Part shown: positions 8,251 through 18,382 of the stretch, in pieces
Position numbering within the stretch: position 1 is the stretch's first letter
Layout: the number at the start of each line of letters is the position of its first letter
NCBI GenBank assembly: GCA_044229145.1
Contig: JBGATO010000004.1
Coordinates: forward strand, 32,001-96,000
DNA: 64,000 nt
Direction of reading: 5' to 3'
From: Candidatus Eiseniibacteriota bacterium
Lineage (GTDB): Bacteria; Eisenbacteria; RBG-16-71-46; CAZEPH01
Position numbers and translations under genes: made by a program
Notes under the pieces: model-generated
The model's database searches: none
What the model was told of the DNA's origin: nothing
The model's input: only the letters and a program-made list of their open reading frames with translations

Positions 8251-10125
8251 TTACGCGGGGGTGTTGGTGGGCGCGGCGGGCCGCGAGGCCGGGGCGCCGA
8301 GCGGACGCACGGCGCACGGGAAGCCGGCGGCGTGCAGCACCGCAGCCCACTGCGCGGCGCGGGCCGCGTGACTGGTGAAGTAGAGGACTTGCCGCGAGGG
8401 CGCGACGCGCCGCGCGAGGTCGGCCACCACGGTCAGCGCGGTGTCGTCGTCGCACGCGGCGAGCGGATCGTCGAGCAGCAACGGCCACCCGTCCTCGTCC
8501 GCCGCGGCGCGCGCGAGGTGGTCGCGCAGCGCGGCGAGTGCGCGTTCGCCGGCCGAGTGCGCGGCACGCGGTACGGCGGCGTCGGCGCCGCGCAAGGCGG
8601 CGTGCAATGCACCGAGCATGTCGCCGTCATCGTCGAGGCCGAGCGTCCGTGCGGTTTCCTGCAGCTGCGCCACCAGCGCGCCGCCGTCGGCGAGCAGCGC
8701 GCTGAGCCGCGCCTTGGTCTCCGACTTGAGCTGCGTGCACGCGTCGAACTCACGCACTGCGGCGAGCCGGCGCCGCGCGCCCGCGGCGAAGGCGCGTGCC
8801 GCGCTCGCCAGCGTCGGCGCCTCGGCCGGCGTCGCGTCGCCGAAGCGCGCCGACGGCTCGACCGAGCGCCATTCCTCCTCCGCGACCTGCCTGCGCCGCG
8901 CCGCATCTTGCGCCGCGCGCTCCAGCGGACCGAACCGCGCCCGGACTTCGGCGGCCCGCGCGAGATCCGCCGCGAGCGAACGCCCCTCCGGCAGGCCGAC
9001 CTGTCGCCCGAGTTCTTCGACGCGCATCTCGATCCGCACCACGCCCGCGGCTTTGGTGCGCATCGTCGCCTTGAGTTCTTCCTCGCGCTCGGCGAGCGAG
9101 CGGTCGCGCTTCCCCGCCGCCACGCCGCGCGCCAGCCATGCGACGCCGCATCCCAGCATCGCCGTGAACCCGACGCCCGCCGACACCGGCAGCGTCAGCG
9201 GGTCGAGGACGCCGTCCGGGATCCAGGCGAAGAGATATGCCGACGCGGCGCCCGCGCCGAGGAGCGCGCCAAGCGTCGTGCCGGCGCCGAACATCGCGCG
9301 ATCGCCGTGACGCCGCTCGATCAGCGCGTGGCGCGCTTCGGTGGCTTTGACCAGCACTTGGCGATCTTCGGCGAGGCCCGCGCGCAGGCGCTCGGTGGAC
9401 TCGGCGGCGCGCTCCAGGAAGCCGCGGTCCTGATCGTCGAACGCGGCGGCGCGGCGCTCGAGGCGCGCGTACCAGTCGGGGTCGTCGCCGGCCGCGCGAG
9501 CGTCGGCGCTGGCGCGCGCGAGGTCGGCCTCGGTGCGCCGTTGGTCGGCGACGGCCGAATCCCACGCCTCCGCGAGGACGTCGGCGCGCAGGATTTGCGC
9601 TTCGGTGACGCCGTCCCAGCGCGCGGTCTCGTCGAGCTGCTTCTGCAGGCGGCGCGACTCCTCGGTGAGCGCGCGGAGGTTGGTGTCTTCGTCACGGCGT
9701 CGAGCTTCGAGCGAAGCCATGCGATCGAGGGCATCGGCGAGGTCGGCACGTTCGGCGTCGGTGAGCGCGGCGCGGTGGGGCGCGAGGCGGTCAGCCTCCG
9801 GCGGCTCGGCGGTCGCCAGGACCCGCGCCCACGCCGCAGCGCCGGCGCGTGCCGACGCGGGGACGTCGTTCGCCGGCCAACCCCACTCGACGCGGCCGTC
9901 GCCGCGCATCAGACCACGGAGCATCACGCGTGGCGCGCGGCCGGCCCCGTCGAGCGGGACGACCGCGTCGCCCGCGAGACCGCGCAGCGCCCAGTCCAGC
10001 GCCTCGCGCAGCGTCGACTTGCCCGCGCCGGTGCCAGCGGTGAACACGGTGAGCCCCTCAGGCGCGGGGTCGAGGGTGAGGTGCACGCCGCGGATGTCGT
10101 CGAGGGTGAGCTGGAGGAGTCTCAT
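8251..10125 (-). CDS. YhaN/Rad50-like coiled-coil ATPase with two central transmembrane segments
   Basis: N-terminal Walker A (GTGAGKST), coiled coil, hydrophobic pair, C-terminal PLLLDDPL and RQVLYFTSH. Confidence 0.65.
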   Translation of the reverse strand: MRLLQLTLDDIRGVHLTLDPAPEGLTVFTAGTGAGKSTLREALDWALRGLAGDAVVPLDGAGRAPRVMLRGLMRGDGRVEWGWPANDVPASARAGAAAWARVLATAEPPEADRLAPHRAALTDAERADLADALDRMASLEARRRDEDTNLRALTEESRRLQKQLDETARWDGVTEAQILRADVLAEAWDSAVADQRRTEADLARASADARAAGDDPDWYARLERRAAAFDDQDRGFLERAAESTERLRAGLAEDRQVLVKATEARHALIERRHGDRAMFGAGTTLGALLGAGAASAYLFAWIPDGVLDPLTLPVSAGVGFTAMLGCGVAWLARGVAAGKRDRSLAEREEELKATMRTKAAGVVRIEMRVEELGRQVGLPEGRSLAADLARAAEVRARFGPLERAAQDAARRRQVAEEEWRSVEPSARFGDATPAEAPTLASAARAFAAGARRRLAAVREFDACTQLKSETKARLSALLADGGALVAQLQETARTLGLDDDGDMLGALHAALRGADAAVPRAAHSAGERALAALRDHLARAAADEDGWPLLLDDPLAACDDDTALTVVADLARRVAPSRQVLYFTSHAARAAQWAAVLHAAGFPCAVRPLGAPASRPAAPTNTPA

Positions 10126-10137
10126 GGGCGCCGAACA

Positions 10138-11487
10138 CTACGCGCCGGACTGCCGCGGATCAACCGCCGCTTGCGCCGACCGCGCCGGGTCCACCGGTGC
10201 CGCTCCCGCTACACCGTCGGCACGCCTCCGCGCGGCGCGCCGGGCCTGCCGGCGAGCCATCCGCAGGGCTTCCTGCCGCGCCCGCCAGAGCGCGGCGCGC
10301 CGCAGTCGCGCATCGCCGTGGAAGCGCCGAAGGAGGGCGAGCGAATAGCGCGTCTCGCGCCACTCCACCGCTCCGCGCGCGATCGTCGCCGTCATCGAGC
10401 GGACGAGCGCGAACGCCGCGCCACACGCGCCGAGCGGCGACCCGAGCGCCGTCCCCCACGGCTCGCCGGCGGCGCGGTACGCCGCCGCCTGGGCCAATGC
10501 CGCGCCCGCCGCGAGCAGGCGCCCGGCGACGGTCCCGCCCGGCGCGCAAACCAGCGCCAGCGGACCGAGGTGCGTCGCCATCAAACCCGCCGCGGCAGCG
10601 AGGCTGAGCGCGACACTGTAGTCGGCCCCGGCGAAGAAGTTCTTGGTGAGGCCGCGCACGGTGTCGCGCACGCCGGCATACCAGCGCACGCGCACCACCC
10701 CGCCGGTGAGGACGACCGCCGAACGCGATCCGCGCACCTTCGCCTCACGCGCCAGCTCGATGTCGTCGACCACCGCAAGCCGCACGCAAGTGTGGCCGCC
10801 AAGGGCGTCGTACAGCTCGCGGCGCAGGAGGTGGAAACCTCCCACTCCGACCGCCGCGCGCGACGCCGGATCGCCGACACGCCACGTGCGCAACCCGAGA
10901 TGGAAGTGCAGCCGGAAGACGCCCATCAGCACCCGCTCGCGCCACGTGTGCAACTCCACGTGGAGGATGCCGGCCAGGTGGTCGAGGTCACGCGAGGCGC
11001 ACAGGGCAATCGCCCGCTCCACCGCGTCCGGGGCGAACACGATGTCCGCGTCGGTGAACAGCAGCCACTGTCCACCGGCCGTCGTCGCCCCGCGGTGGAG
11101 TGCGTGCGTCTTCCCGAGCCATCCGGGAGGCACGGCATCGACCCGCTCGACGCGGAGCCGCGGCTCCACGGCGGCGAGCCGCGCCAAGATCGCCGGGGTC
11201 GCGTCGGTCGAGCGATCGTCCACCACGACGATCTCGTCGAGGCCGCGCACCGCGCACCACGAGCGGGCGGCAGCTTCGAGCGCCGCCGCCTCATTGCGCG
11301 CCGCCACGACCAGGCTGACGGGCCCGCCGCCGCGAACGCTGCAGACCGTCGGCTCCCCGTCGCTCCAGCGCGGGAGCTGCGCCATGCCGCGCCACAGCCG
11401 CGCGGCGACCGACGCCCACGCCACCATCAACGTCGCGGCAACCAACGTGCGCGGCTCGGGCGTGGCGAGAAACACGGCGGTCCACAT
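10138..11487 (-). CDS. Family 2 glycosyltransferase (CrtQ/HpnB-like)
   Basis: VAARNE, VVVDDRSTD, PPGWLGK, LLFTDAD, VVDDIELA. Confidence 0.88.
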   Translation of the reverse strand: MWTAVFLATPEPRTLVAATLMVAWASVAARLWRGMAQLPRWSDGEPTVCSVRGGGPVSLVVAARNEAAALEAAARSWCAVRGLDEIVVVDDRSTDATPAILARLAAVEPRLRVERVDAVPPGWLGKTHALHRGATTAGGQWLLFTDADIVFAPDAVERAIALCASRDLDHLAGILHVELHTWRERVLMGVFRLHFHLGLRTWRVGDPASRAAVGVGGFHLLRRELYDALGGHTCVRLAVVDDIELAREAKVRGSRSAVVLTGGVVRVRWYAGVRDTVRGLTKNFFAGADYSVALSLAAAAGLMATHLGPLALVCAPGGTVAGRLLAAGAALAQAAAYRAAGEPWGTALGSPLGACGAAFALVRSMTATIARGAVEWRETRYSLALLRRFHGDARLRRAALWRARQEALRMARRQARRAARRRADGVAGAAPVDPARSAQAAVDPRQSGA

Positions 11488-11669
11488 GGTCGCAGTCTAC
11501 CGCAGCCGCCGTCCGGCGTGCTGCGGGCGGCCGAGACCAGATGCCTCGTCGATTCCGGTCCGCCACCCCCGGCAACCCGCGGCACCCCGCCCGGCGGTTG
11601 TCACTGGCGCGGGGCCCGGCCTATCATCGCGCCAGCTTTGTTGGAACCACATCCCTTCAGGAGGATCGC

Positions 11670-12287
11670 GTGAGCGAGTACACCGTTCGTGAAGAACTCA
11701 AGCCGAGTGGGCTGTCCGGCATCTCCGACGCCCAGATCGACGACCACTGGGGCCTGTACAAGGGCTACGTCGTCCAGACCAACGCGTTGCGCAAGGAACT
11801 CGCCGACCTGCGCGCCGCCGGCCAGGGCGGTTCGATGGCGTACGCGGACCGTCGCCGCCGCTTCGGCTTCGAGCTGAACGGCATGGTGCTGCACGAATAT
11901 TACTTCGGGAACATGACGCCGAACGGCACGATCGACGCCAACGGCGAATTCGCCCGGCTCGCGCAGGCGGAGTTCGGCGGACTGGACGAGTGGAAGGCCG
12001 ACCTCACCAACGCCGGCAAGACGCGCGGCATCGGCTGGGCGATCACCTACTACGACCCGGCCACCGACAGCATCAACAACCACTTCGTGCAGCTGCACGA
12101 GGACGGCAACGTCGCCGGCTTCGCGCCGCTCGTCGTGCTCGACGTGTTCGAGCACGCGTACATCCTCGACTACAAGGCCGCCGGCCGGCCGACGTACATC
12201 GAGTCGTTCCTCAAGAACTTGAACGGCGCGACGATCGACGCCCGCGTGGCGGCGGCGAAGGCCGGCAAGATCGCGGCGCGCTTCTAG
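11670..12287 (+). CDS. Fe/Mn superoxide dismutase family protein
   Basis: GTG after AGGAGG; HWGLYKGYV, LHEYYF, LDVFEHAY metal-ligand motifs. Confidence 0.88.
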   Translation: MSEYTVREELKPSGLSGISDAQIDDHWGLYKGYVVQTNALRKELADLRAAGQGGSMAYADRRRRFGFELNGMVLHEYYFGNMTPNGTIDANGEFARLAQAEFGGLDEWKADLTNAGKTRGIGWAITYYDPATDSINNHFVQLHEDGNVAGFAPLVVLDVFEHAYILDYKAAGRPTYIESFLKNLNGATIDARVAAAKAGKIAARF

Positions 12288-12308
12288 GCGCGGTCGCGCA
12301 GAGACTGC

Positions 12309-12340
12309 ACGCGGTGCGGGGCTCGCGCCCTGCACCGCGT
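12309..12340. terminator. Hairpin between convergent genes
   Basis: ACGCGGTGCGGG ... CCTGCACCGCGT inverted repeat between the SOD stop and the next gene's stop; no long U-tract. Confidence 0.45.
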
Positions 12341-12366
12341 TCGCGCATCTGGACCGCCACGCTGGA

Positions 12367-15300
12367 CTAGAACGGCGTGCCCAGCGTAAGCCCCACATAG
12401 TTGCGCACCTCGTTCTTGTGCGGACCGTCGAGCGCCCGCCCGGCGCCCCACTCGAACACCAGCAAGGGCGTGTTGCCACTGTATGCCGACCAGCGCGTCG
12501 CCCATCCCGCGGTAGCGTGCCAGCCGGTGGAGGTTCCGCCCGCCGCGACCCGCCCCGTGTCGAGGAACAGCGCACCCGTGACCGGCCCCGCGCGGAGACC
12601 GAATGCCGACACCGGCAACGACGCGCGCAGCGGAGCCCGGAGTTCCGCGGACGCGAAGGCGAGCCGATTGCCCAGCTCGATGTGGTCCGCGCCGCGCAGT
12701 CGATCCACGGAGGCCAGCCGCTGCCCGTGCCACCCGAACATCGCGAGACCAGGGGCGGTGGCTGGCGTGTCATTCGTGAGGCCGACGATGTCCTGTGGGA
12801 AGGGCGTCCCGCCAATCGCGGCCCATTTGCCCCGGAGCCCGAAGGTGAGCGGTGACGCGGCCCCGCCGATCGGACGCACGGCATACATTTCCGCCATCGC
12901 GCGGCGATAGGAAACGTCGCCCCACACACCACGATCTGCGACGTCCGCTTGCACGCGCACCCCGGTGGCGACACGCGGATGGATCGCGTCGTCGCGCCGC
13001 GGCCGCAGGAAGTGCCAAGTGTAGGCGAGGCTCGCCAGTCCCTCGTCTCCGCGACGCGGGCGCGGGAGTGCCAGCGAATCTACGGTACCGCTGAAGCCAG
13101 GGTGGCGCGTGTGCGCCGTGAGGCTCACCTCGAGAGACGACTGCGATTCCAGCGCCCCCCGGCCGCCAAACGGCAGCTCCACCGCGAAGCGTGGGCCACT
13201 CGCCTCGTCGTACAACAGATGTCCGTCGTAGAAGCGGACCGTCGAAACTGGGTTGCGCACGTCGGCCGAGAGCGACCACGAGCCTTGCCGGAAGGGATGC
13301 GTGTACTCCATCCACGCTCCGACTTCGACGCCGTACGTGAGGTCGAGATAGCCGACCCCTTGAAGCTGGTGCACCGCGAGCGGGTCCGCGAAGCTCCAGA
13401 GTGCGGCAGTCCCCCATGGATAGGGGAGGAAGGTGATGTATTCGCTGCGCATCCCGCGGATCGCCTGGTACGGCCGCGGCGTCACCGCCAGCACGGAGTC
13501 AGGCCGTCCTGGCCCGGGAAAGACCGCCGGCATACGGGACACCCACGCCCCGGCAGACGAATACAGCGCCGATCCACGCGCACCGAACGCCGCCACCGTG
13601 CGCGCAGGGTCGAGTAGCAGCAGGTGAGGCCGCCGTTCACTGCCGAGCGTCGTCGCCAGCACCCGTCCATCGCGGGGGACCACCCCGAAGGCGACGATGC
13701 CCTCGCCGTCGTCGGTCAGTGCCACCGCACGGTCGGAGAATGACAACGGCGTGCCCGCATCGAGTCGCCGCCGCAGCTCGTCGAAGGCGATCGCGGTGCG
13801 GAAGACGTTCGCGGTGCCCCCGCGATACGATGTGAAGTACAGCGTCTGCCCGTCGGCGGACCAAAACGGCGTGCGATCGAGCTCCACGTCGTCCGTGATC
13901 TTCCAGTGTGCGCCGTCGGCGACCCGCACGACGACGATGTCGGCACCGCGCGTGTGGGTCGTGTCGGCCTCGTGCCCTTGCAGGAGGCTGCACGCGATCC
14001 ACTGGCCATCCGGCGACCACGACGGGTGCGACACGACATCCTGGCCGCCGAGGTGCGTGAGACGCCGCGGGGCGCCACCCGCCATGTCGAGGAGTACGAT
14101 GTCCGCCGCCGAATCACCCTGCGCCACGCAGGCGAGAGTGCGGCCATCCGGCGACCAGTCCGGTTCCGACGCCCGCGCGCCCCAGGTCAGCCAGCGCCCA
14201 TGCCTCCCCACGGCGTCGCGCACATACAGATCGAACATCAGTGATCCGTGCGGTCCGCGGTGCATGCGCGACATCACCAACTGCCGCGCATCGGGCGACC
14301 ACGCAAACGTCCGGACGGCGCGACCCCGGGCCTTGTAATCACCCTGCGAGAACGCGTGCACCTCGCGCCAGCGCGGCCGTCGCTCGTCGGTGCGGCGCAC
14401 GAGCAGACTGGCGTCGCGCTGGTCGGCCTCGCGCACCCCGCTGAACGCCACCGCCGACGAGTCCGGCGCGAATGCCGCCCATGTCACCGCGCGTGGCACA
14501 TCCGCGAGCCGCGGTCCGAGCGAATCCGCCGGCGGGCGCACCGCCGCGAAACCCCAGTAGTAGGTCCGCATCGCGCGCCGCCATGTCTCCGACCATTCGG
14601 CCTCACGTATGCCGACACTGGCGCGGAACGCATCGCTCCACCAATACAGGCCAAAGCGGCCACGGTGCCGCGCAAGCGCCACCAGCGCCGAGTCCCCCTT
14701 CTGCCACGCGAGATATTTGACCTTGGCGAAGCCCTCGTCGTGCGGGTCGAGGATGTCGAAGCGGTCGCGATAGACCGCGCCGCGCATCGCCCAATCACTG
14801 CGCGAGACGTCCCAGTATTCGGTGAAGTACTCGGCGACGCCCTCCATGTACCAGGCGGGCGCGCCGGTGGCGAGATACGAGATCAGGCCGCCACGACTGC
14901 GCATCGCGTCGAACGCGACGACGTGCTGGAATTCGTGCGCCACGACGCTGCGCAACCATCCGTGCGATCCGGCAAGGAACGCCGCGTAGTCATTCTGCCG
15001 CACCCAGACGTAGACGCGATCCCACGGCATCGTGAGGCCGTTGACGATGTCATCCTGACGGCTGAGCACCATCTCCGTCTTGCGGCGTGGGCGATGCGCA
15101 AAACTGGTGGTCACTGGCGTATAGACTTGCTCGCCGATCGCCGCGGCCTCGCGTGCCACGCCCTCGAGACCGTCGTGGTAGTACCAGACGAAATGCGGCG
15201 TTTCGAATCTCCACCAGTGCAGTTCGGGATGATGCCGGCCACCGATGTAGTCGAAGGGGTTGAGGGGCGACGGTTTGACCGCCTCGGCGCGCGCGACCGC

Positions 15301-15393
15301 CGTGTGGGCAATCAGCGACGCCCACAGCACCGCGCACACGGTTCGCACCGCGACACGCAACGATCTGGCCCTCGGTTCACCTCTCACGCACAC
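12367..15393 (-). CDS. Secreted zincin-like + TolB/PD40 propeller + Omp85/BamA-like barrel protein
   Basis: VAHEFQH...WYMEGVAEY; repeated PxWSPDG; C-terminal amphipathic strands (ASAELRAPL, ALFLDTG) ending in Phe. Confidence 0.75.
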   Translation of the reverse strand: MCVRGEPRARSLRVAVRTVCAVLWASLIAHTAVARAEAVKPSPLNPFDYIGGRHHPELHWWRFETPHFVWYYHDGLEGVAREAAAIGEQVYTPVTTSFAHRPRRKTEMVLSRQDDIVNGLTMPWDRVYVWVRQNDYAAFLAGSHGWLRSVVAHEFQHVVAFDAMRSRGGLISYLATGAPAWYMEGVAEYFTEYWDVSRSDWAMRGAVYRDRFDILDPHDEGFAKVKYLAWQKGDSALVALARHRGRFGLYWWSDAFRASVGIREAEWSETWRRAMRTYYWGFAAVRPPADSLGPRLADVPRAVTWAAFAPDSSAVAFSGVREADQRDASLLVRRTDERRPRWREVHAFSQGDYKARGRAVRTFAWSPDARQLVMSRMHRGPHGSLMFDLYVRDAVGRHGRWLTWGARASEPDWSPDGRTLACVAQGDSAADIVLLDMAGGAPRRLTHLGGQDVVSHPSWSPDGQWIACSLLQGHEADTTHTRGADIVVVRVADGAHWKITDDVELDRTPFWSADGQTLYFTSYRGGTANVFRTAIAFDELRRRLDAGTPLSFSDRAVALTDDGEGIVAFGVVPRDGRVLATTLGSERRPHLLLLDPARTVAAFGARGSALYSSAGAWVSRMPAVFPGPGRPDSVLAVTPRPYQAIRGMRSEYITFLPYPWGTAALWSFADPLAVHQLQGVGYLDLTYGVEVGAWMEYTHPFRQGSWSLSADVRNPVSTVRFYDGHLLYDEASGPRFAVELPFGGRGALESQSSLEVSLTAHTRHPGFSGTVDSLALPRPRRGDEGLASLAYTWHFLRPRRDDAIHPRVATGVRVQADVADRGVWGDVSYRRAMAEMYAVRPIGGAASPLTFGLRGKWAAIGGTPFPQDIVGLTNDTPATAPGLAMFGWHGQRLASVDRLRGADHIELGNRLAFASAELRAPLRASLPVSAFGLRAGPVTGALFLDTGRVAAGGTSTGWHATAGWATRWSAYSGNTPLLVFEWGAGRALDGPHKNEVRNYVGLTLGTPF

Positions 15394-15447
15394 TCCCCCA
15401 TCATCGTCACGAGCAGCGGCACCACAGCAGGGTACGTGCCAGCGCGA

Positions 15448-18336
15448 TCACGTGCCATGGCTGTCGGGACAGATCGCCACGAACGCGCAGCGCCGGCACA
15501 CCATATCGGCGGGCGTCGGCGCGAAGGCGCGGGCCGAGAGTCCCGCCACGGTCCGCGCGATCTCGTCCTCCGCCTTCGCCAGGCGTTCGGGCACCGGCGC
15601 GGTTTCGCCACGCATGCCGTTGCCGAGCATGTGCAGGACGAGACGATCGGGTGCCGCGCCTTCTTGCGCGCGCCACGCCAACGCCCCGAGCGTCAGCCGG
15701 CGATGCTCGCGCGCCCGTCGCACCGCATCCTCGGTGCCACGTGCGTCGCCGGACGAATACTCGTGCAGTTCGACCGCGCCGGATGATGTCACGTCGACGC
15801 GCGTCCAGGAACCGAGGACGCGCACACCCCCGAGGCGCACTGCGAACTGCCTTCCCACCGATGCCGGATGTGACGGCGCGGTGGCCTCCGCGTCGAGAAA
15901 ACGATCCAGCGCCGCCTCGCCCTCGGCAAGTCGCAAGTCCTCGTGCTCGCGGGTCAGGAAGCCTTCGCTCGACCACGCGCCGCGCAGCACCGCGTGCACC
16001 TGCGCGCGGTCGAGCGTCGCTCCGGAGACCTGCGTCGCGAGATACGTCCGCACCGCCTCGCGCAGCGCGTGGCCATACACGACGGCATGATGCCGCATCA
16101 CCGGCACGCGCAACTCGTGCACGTAGCGATAGCGCTGCGGACACGTCAGGTAATCGTCGATCTGCGCCAGCGTCAGCGACTCCACCGGCGTCTCGCGCGC
16201 CGTCGCCACCGGCGCCACCGCCGGGCGCGCGTGCCGTGCCAGCGCGGTCTCCGGCGCCGTCGCGCGCGTCGTCACCTGCGGCGAACGATCCAGCGCCTCG
16301 AAAATGAACTGACTCGGTTTGCGCGCGCGCTTGCCGCCGTAGTCGTCGGCCGAACTCAGCACCAGCCATTCCTTGGCGCGCGTCATGGCGACGTAGAAGA
16401 GTCGCCGCTCCTCGGCGAGATGCGCCTCGGGCGCCGGCGCGCCAGCCCGGACAAGTTCCGGCGGCAACTCGAGCAAGTCGCGCCGCGCGCGCGCCGGGAA
16501 TCGCCCTTGGACGAGCCCAACCAAGCACACCACGACGAATTCGAGGCCCTTCGCGCGGTGCACCGTGAGCACATGCACGGCGTCGATGTCGCGATCCGCC
16601 TCGGCGACCGGCGGATCGTCGCCGGCGTCCATCAGCGCGCGCAGATGCTGGTCGAAGAACGGCACCCGGTCGACGCGGGCGAGGGCGCCGAAGCGTCGCA
16701 CGTGCTCGAAGAAGCGCGCGAGGTTCTGCACCGCCTCCTCGTCGCCGGGCCGCTCGCGGCGCACCAGGCGCGGCAGCCAGCCGCTGGCGGTGAGGAACTC
16801 GTAGAGCACTTCACCGGTGGGCCGCGTCGCCGCGCGCGCGCGCAGGCGGTCGAGATCGGCGAAGAGCCGCGCCGCGCCGGCATCGCCGGTGGCGCGCAAG
16901 GCGTCGGCGAACGGCCGGTGCGCGCGCTCGGCATCGGCGATCGTCTCGCCGAGCACCTCCGGCGAGATGCCGTACGGCTCGCCCGCCGCCAGCGCGTACA
17001 GGCTCTGTGCGTCGCGCGGATCGGCGATGCAGCGCACGAGGAACCGCAGCGTCGCGATCTCCGGCCGCGCGAAGAGCCCCTGGTTGCCGCTGAAGCGCCA
17101 CGGAATCTCGCGCATGTTGAGGGCGCGCAGGAACGGCTCGGCGTCGCGGTTGGCGCGCACCAAGATCGCCATGTCGCTCCACGGCACACCGTCGGCGTGG
17201 ACGGCAGCCAGGCGCTCGGCCACCGCGTCGGCTTCGTCCCACACGCTGGCGCTGTGCGTCCACGTGACGGCCGGCGTGAAGCGCGCCCGCAACGAATGCG
17301 CCGCCGCCCTCGCGGTCAGCCGCTTGTCGATGCCGCGCCGCGCTTCCAGCCGATCCGGATCGTTGTGCACGATTGCCCGGCGCGCGTGGTCGAGGATCTC
17401 CTGCCGCGAGCGGAAGTTGTCGGTGAGCACCAAGGTGCGCGCCGCCGGCCAGCGCTCGAGGAACGCCAAGATGTTGCGCGACTCGGCGCCGCGGAAGGTG
17501 TAGATCGCCTGGTCGTCGTCGGCGACGACGGTGACGTGTCCGCCCTCGCCGGCCAGCAGGTCGATGACCGCGAACTGCGCGTGGTTGGTGTCTTGGAATT
17601 CGTCGACCAAGATGTAGCGGAAGCGCGCGCGCAACTCATCGCGCACCGCGGCGTGCTCGCGCAGCAACCGCACCAGCAAGACGATCTGATCGCCGAAGTC
17701 GATCACGCCGCGCCGCGCGCACAGCGCCGCGTAGGCATCGTACAGGGCGGCGATTTCGCTCTGCTCGGCGGCGCGCGCGGCGAGCGCCTCGTCCTCCGGC
17801 GCCGCCGCGGCAGCCTCCCGCATCGCTGCCGCGGACGCCAGATACGCGGCCGGATCGACGTCTTCGTCCTTGGCGCGCGACAGCACGCCGGCCAGCGCAT
17901 CGAGGAAACGTGTCGGATCGCCGAGCGGCCGCAGCCGCGCGAACGGCAGCTCGAAGAGGTGCTCGCGCAACAACAGCACCTGTTCGCTGCGCGTCATCAC
18001 GCGGAAGTCGGGCGGCAGGCCGAGCCGCAATGCATGCTCGCGCAGGATGCGGTCGGCGAAGGCGTGGAAGGTGCTCACCCACACGTCGGCATAGCCGTAC
18101 GGCACCAACACGTCGATGCGCTCCGCCATTTCGGCGGCCGCCTTGTCGGTGAAGGTGAGGGCGAGGATCTCCTCGGGCCGCGCGCGTTTGGTGGCGATCA
18201 GCCACGCGATGCGCCGTGTGAGCACCGAGGTCTTGCCGGTGCCGGCGCCCGCCACCACGAGGAGCGCGCCGGCGTCGTGGGTGACCGCCTCGCGCTGGGC
18301 GTCGGTGAGTCCGGAGGTGAGAGCGTCGCGGTCCAC
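15448..18336 (-). CDS. UvrD/PcrA-family helicase with C-terminal PD-(D/E)XK-like, 4-Cys domain
   Basis: AGAGTGKT, LTFTDKAA, VDEFQDTN, NFRS, TVHRAKGLEF, EERRLFYVAMTRA; CPQRY...CRRCAFVAIC. Confidence 0.9.
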   Translation of the reverse strand: MDRDALTSGLTDAQREAVTHDAGALLVVAGAGTGKTSVLTRRIAWLIATKRARPEEILALTFTDKAAAEMAERIDVLVPYGYADVWVSTFHAFADRILREHALRLGLPPDFRVMTRSEQVLLLREHLFELPFARLRPLGDPTRFLDALAGVLSRAKDEDVDPAAYLASAAAMREAAAAAPEDEALAARAAEQSEIAALYDAYAALCARRGVIDFGDQIVLLVRLLREHAAVRDELRARFRYILVDEFQDTNHAQFAVIDLLAGEGGHVTVVADDDQAIYTFRGAESRNILAFLERWPAARTLVLTDNFRSRQEILDHARRAIVHNDPDRLEARRGIDKRLTARAAAHSLRARFTPAVTWTHSASVWDEADAVAERLAAVHADGVPWSDMAILVRANRDAEPFLRALNMREIPWRFSGNQGLFARPEIATLRFLVRCIADPRDAQSLYALAAGEPYGISPEVLGETIADAERAHRPFADALRATGDAGAARLFADLDRLRARAATRPTGEVLYEFLTASGWLPRLVRRERPGDEEAVQNLARFFEHVRRFGALARVDRVPFFDQHLRALMDAGDDPPVAEADRDIDAVHVLTVHRAKGLEFVVVCLVGLVQGRFPARARRDLLELPPELVRAGAPAPEAHLAEERRLFYVAMTRAKEWLVLSSADDYGGKRARKPSQFIFEALDRSPQVTTRATAPETALARHARPAVAPVATARETPVESLTLAQIDDYLTCPQRYRYVHELRVPVMRHHAVVYGHALREAVRTYLATQVSGATLDRAQVHAVLRGAWSSEGFLTREHEDLRLAEGEAALDRFLDAEATAPSHPASVGRQFAVRLGGVRVLGSWTRVDVTSSGAVELHEYSSGDARGTEDAVRRAREHRRLTLGALAWRAQEGAAPDRLVLHMLGNGMRGETAPVPERLAKAEDEIARTVAGLSARAFAPTPADMVCRRCAFVAICPDSHGT

Positions 18337-18382
18337 GGGCGGGATGGCGTCGCGGCGGCGCCCGGAGTCAGGCGCCGTGGCG

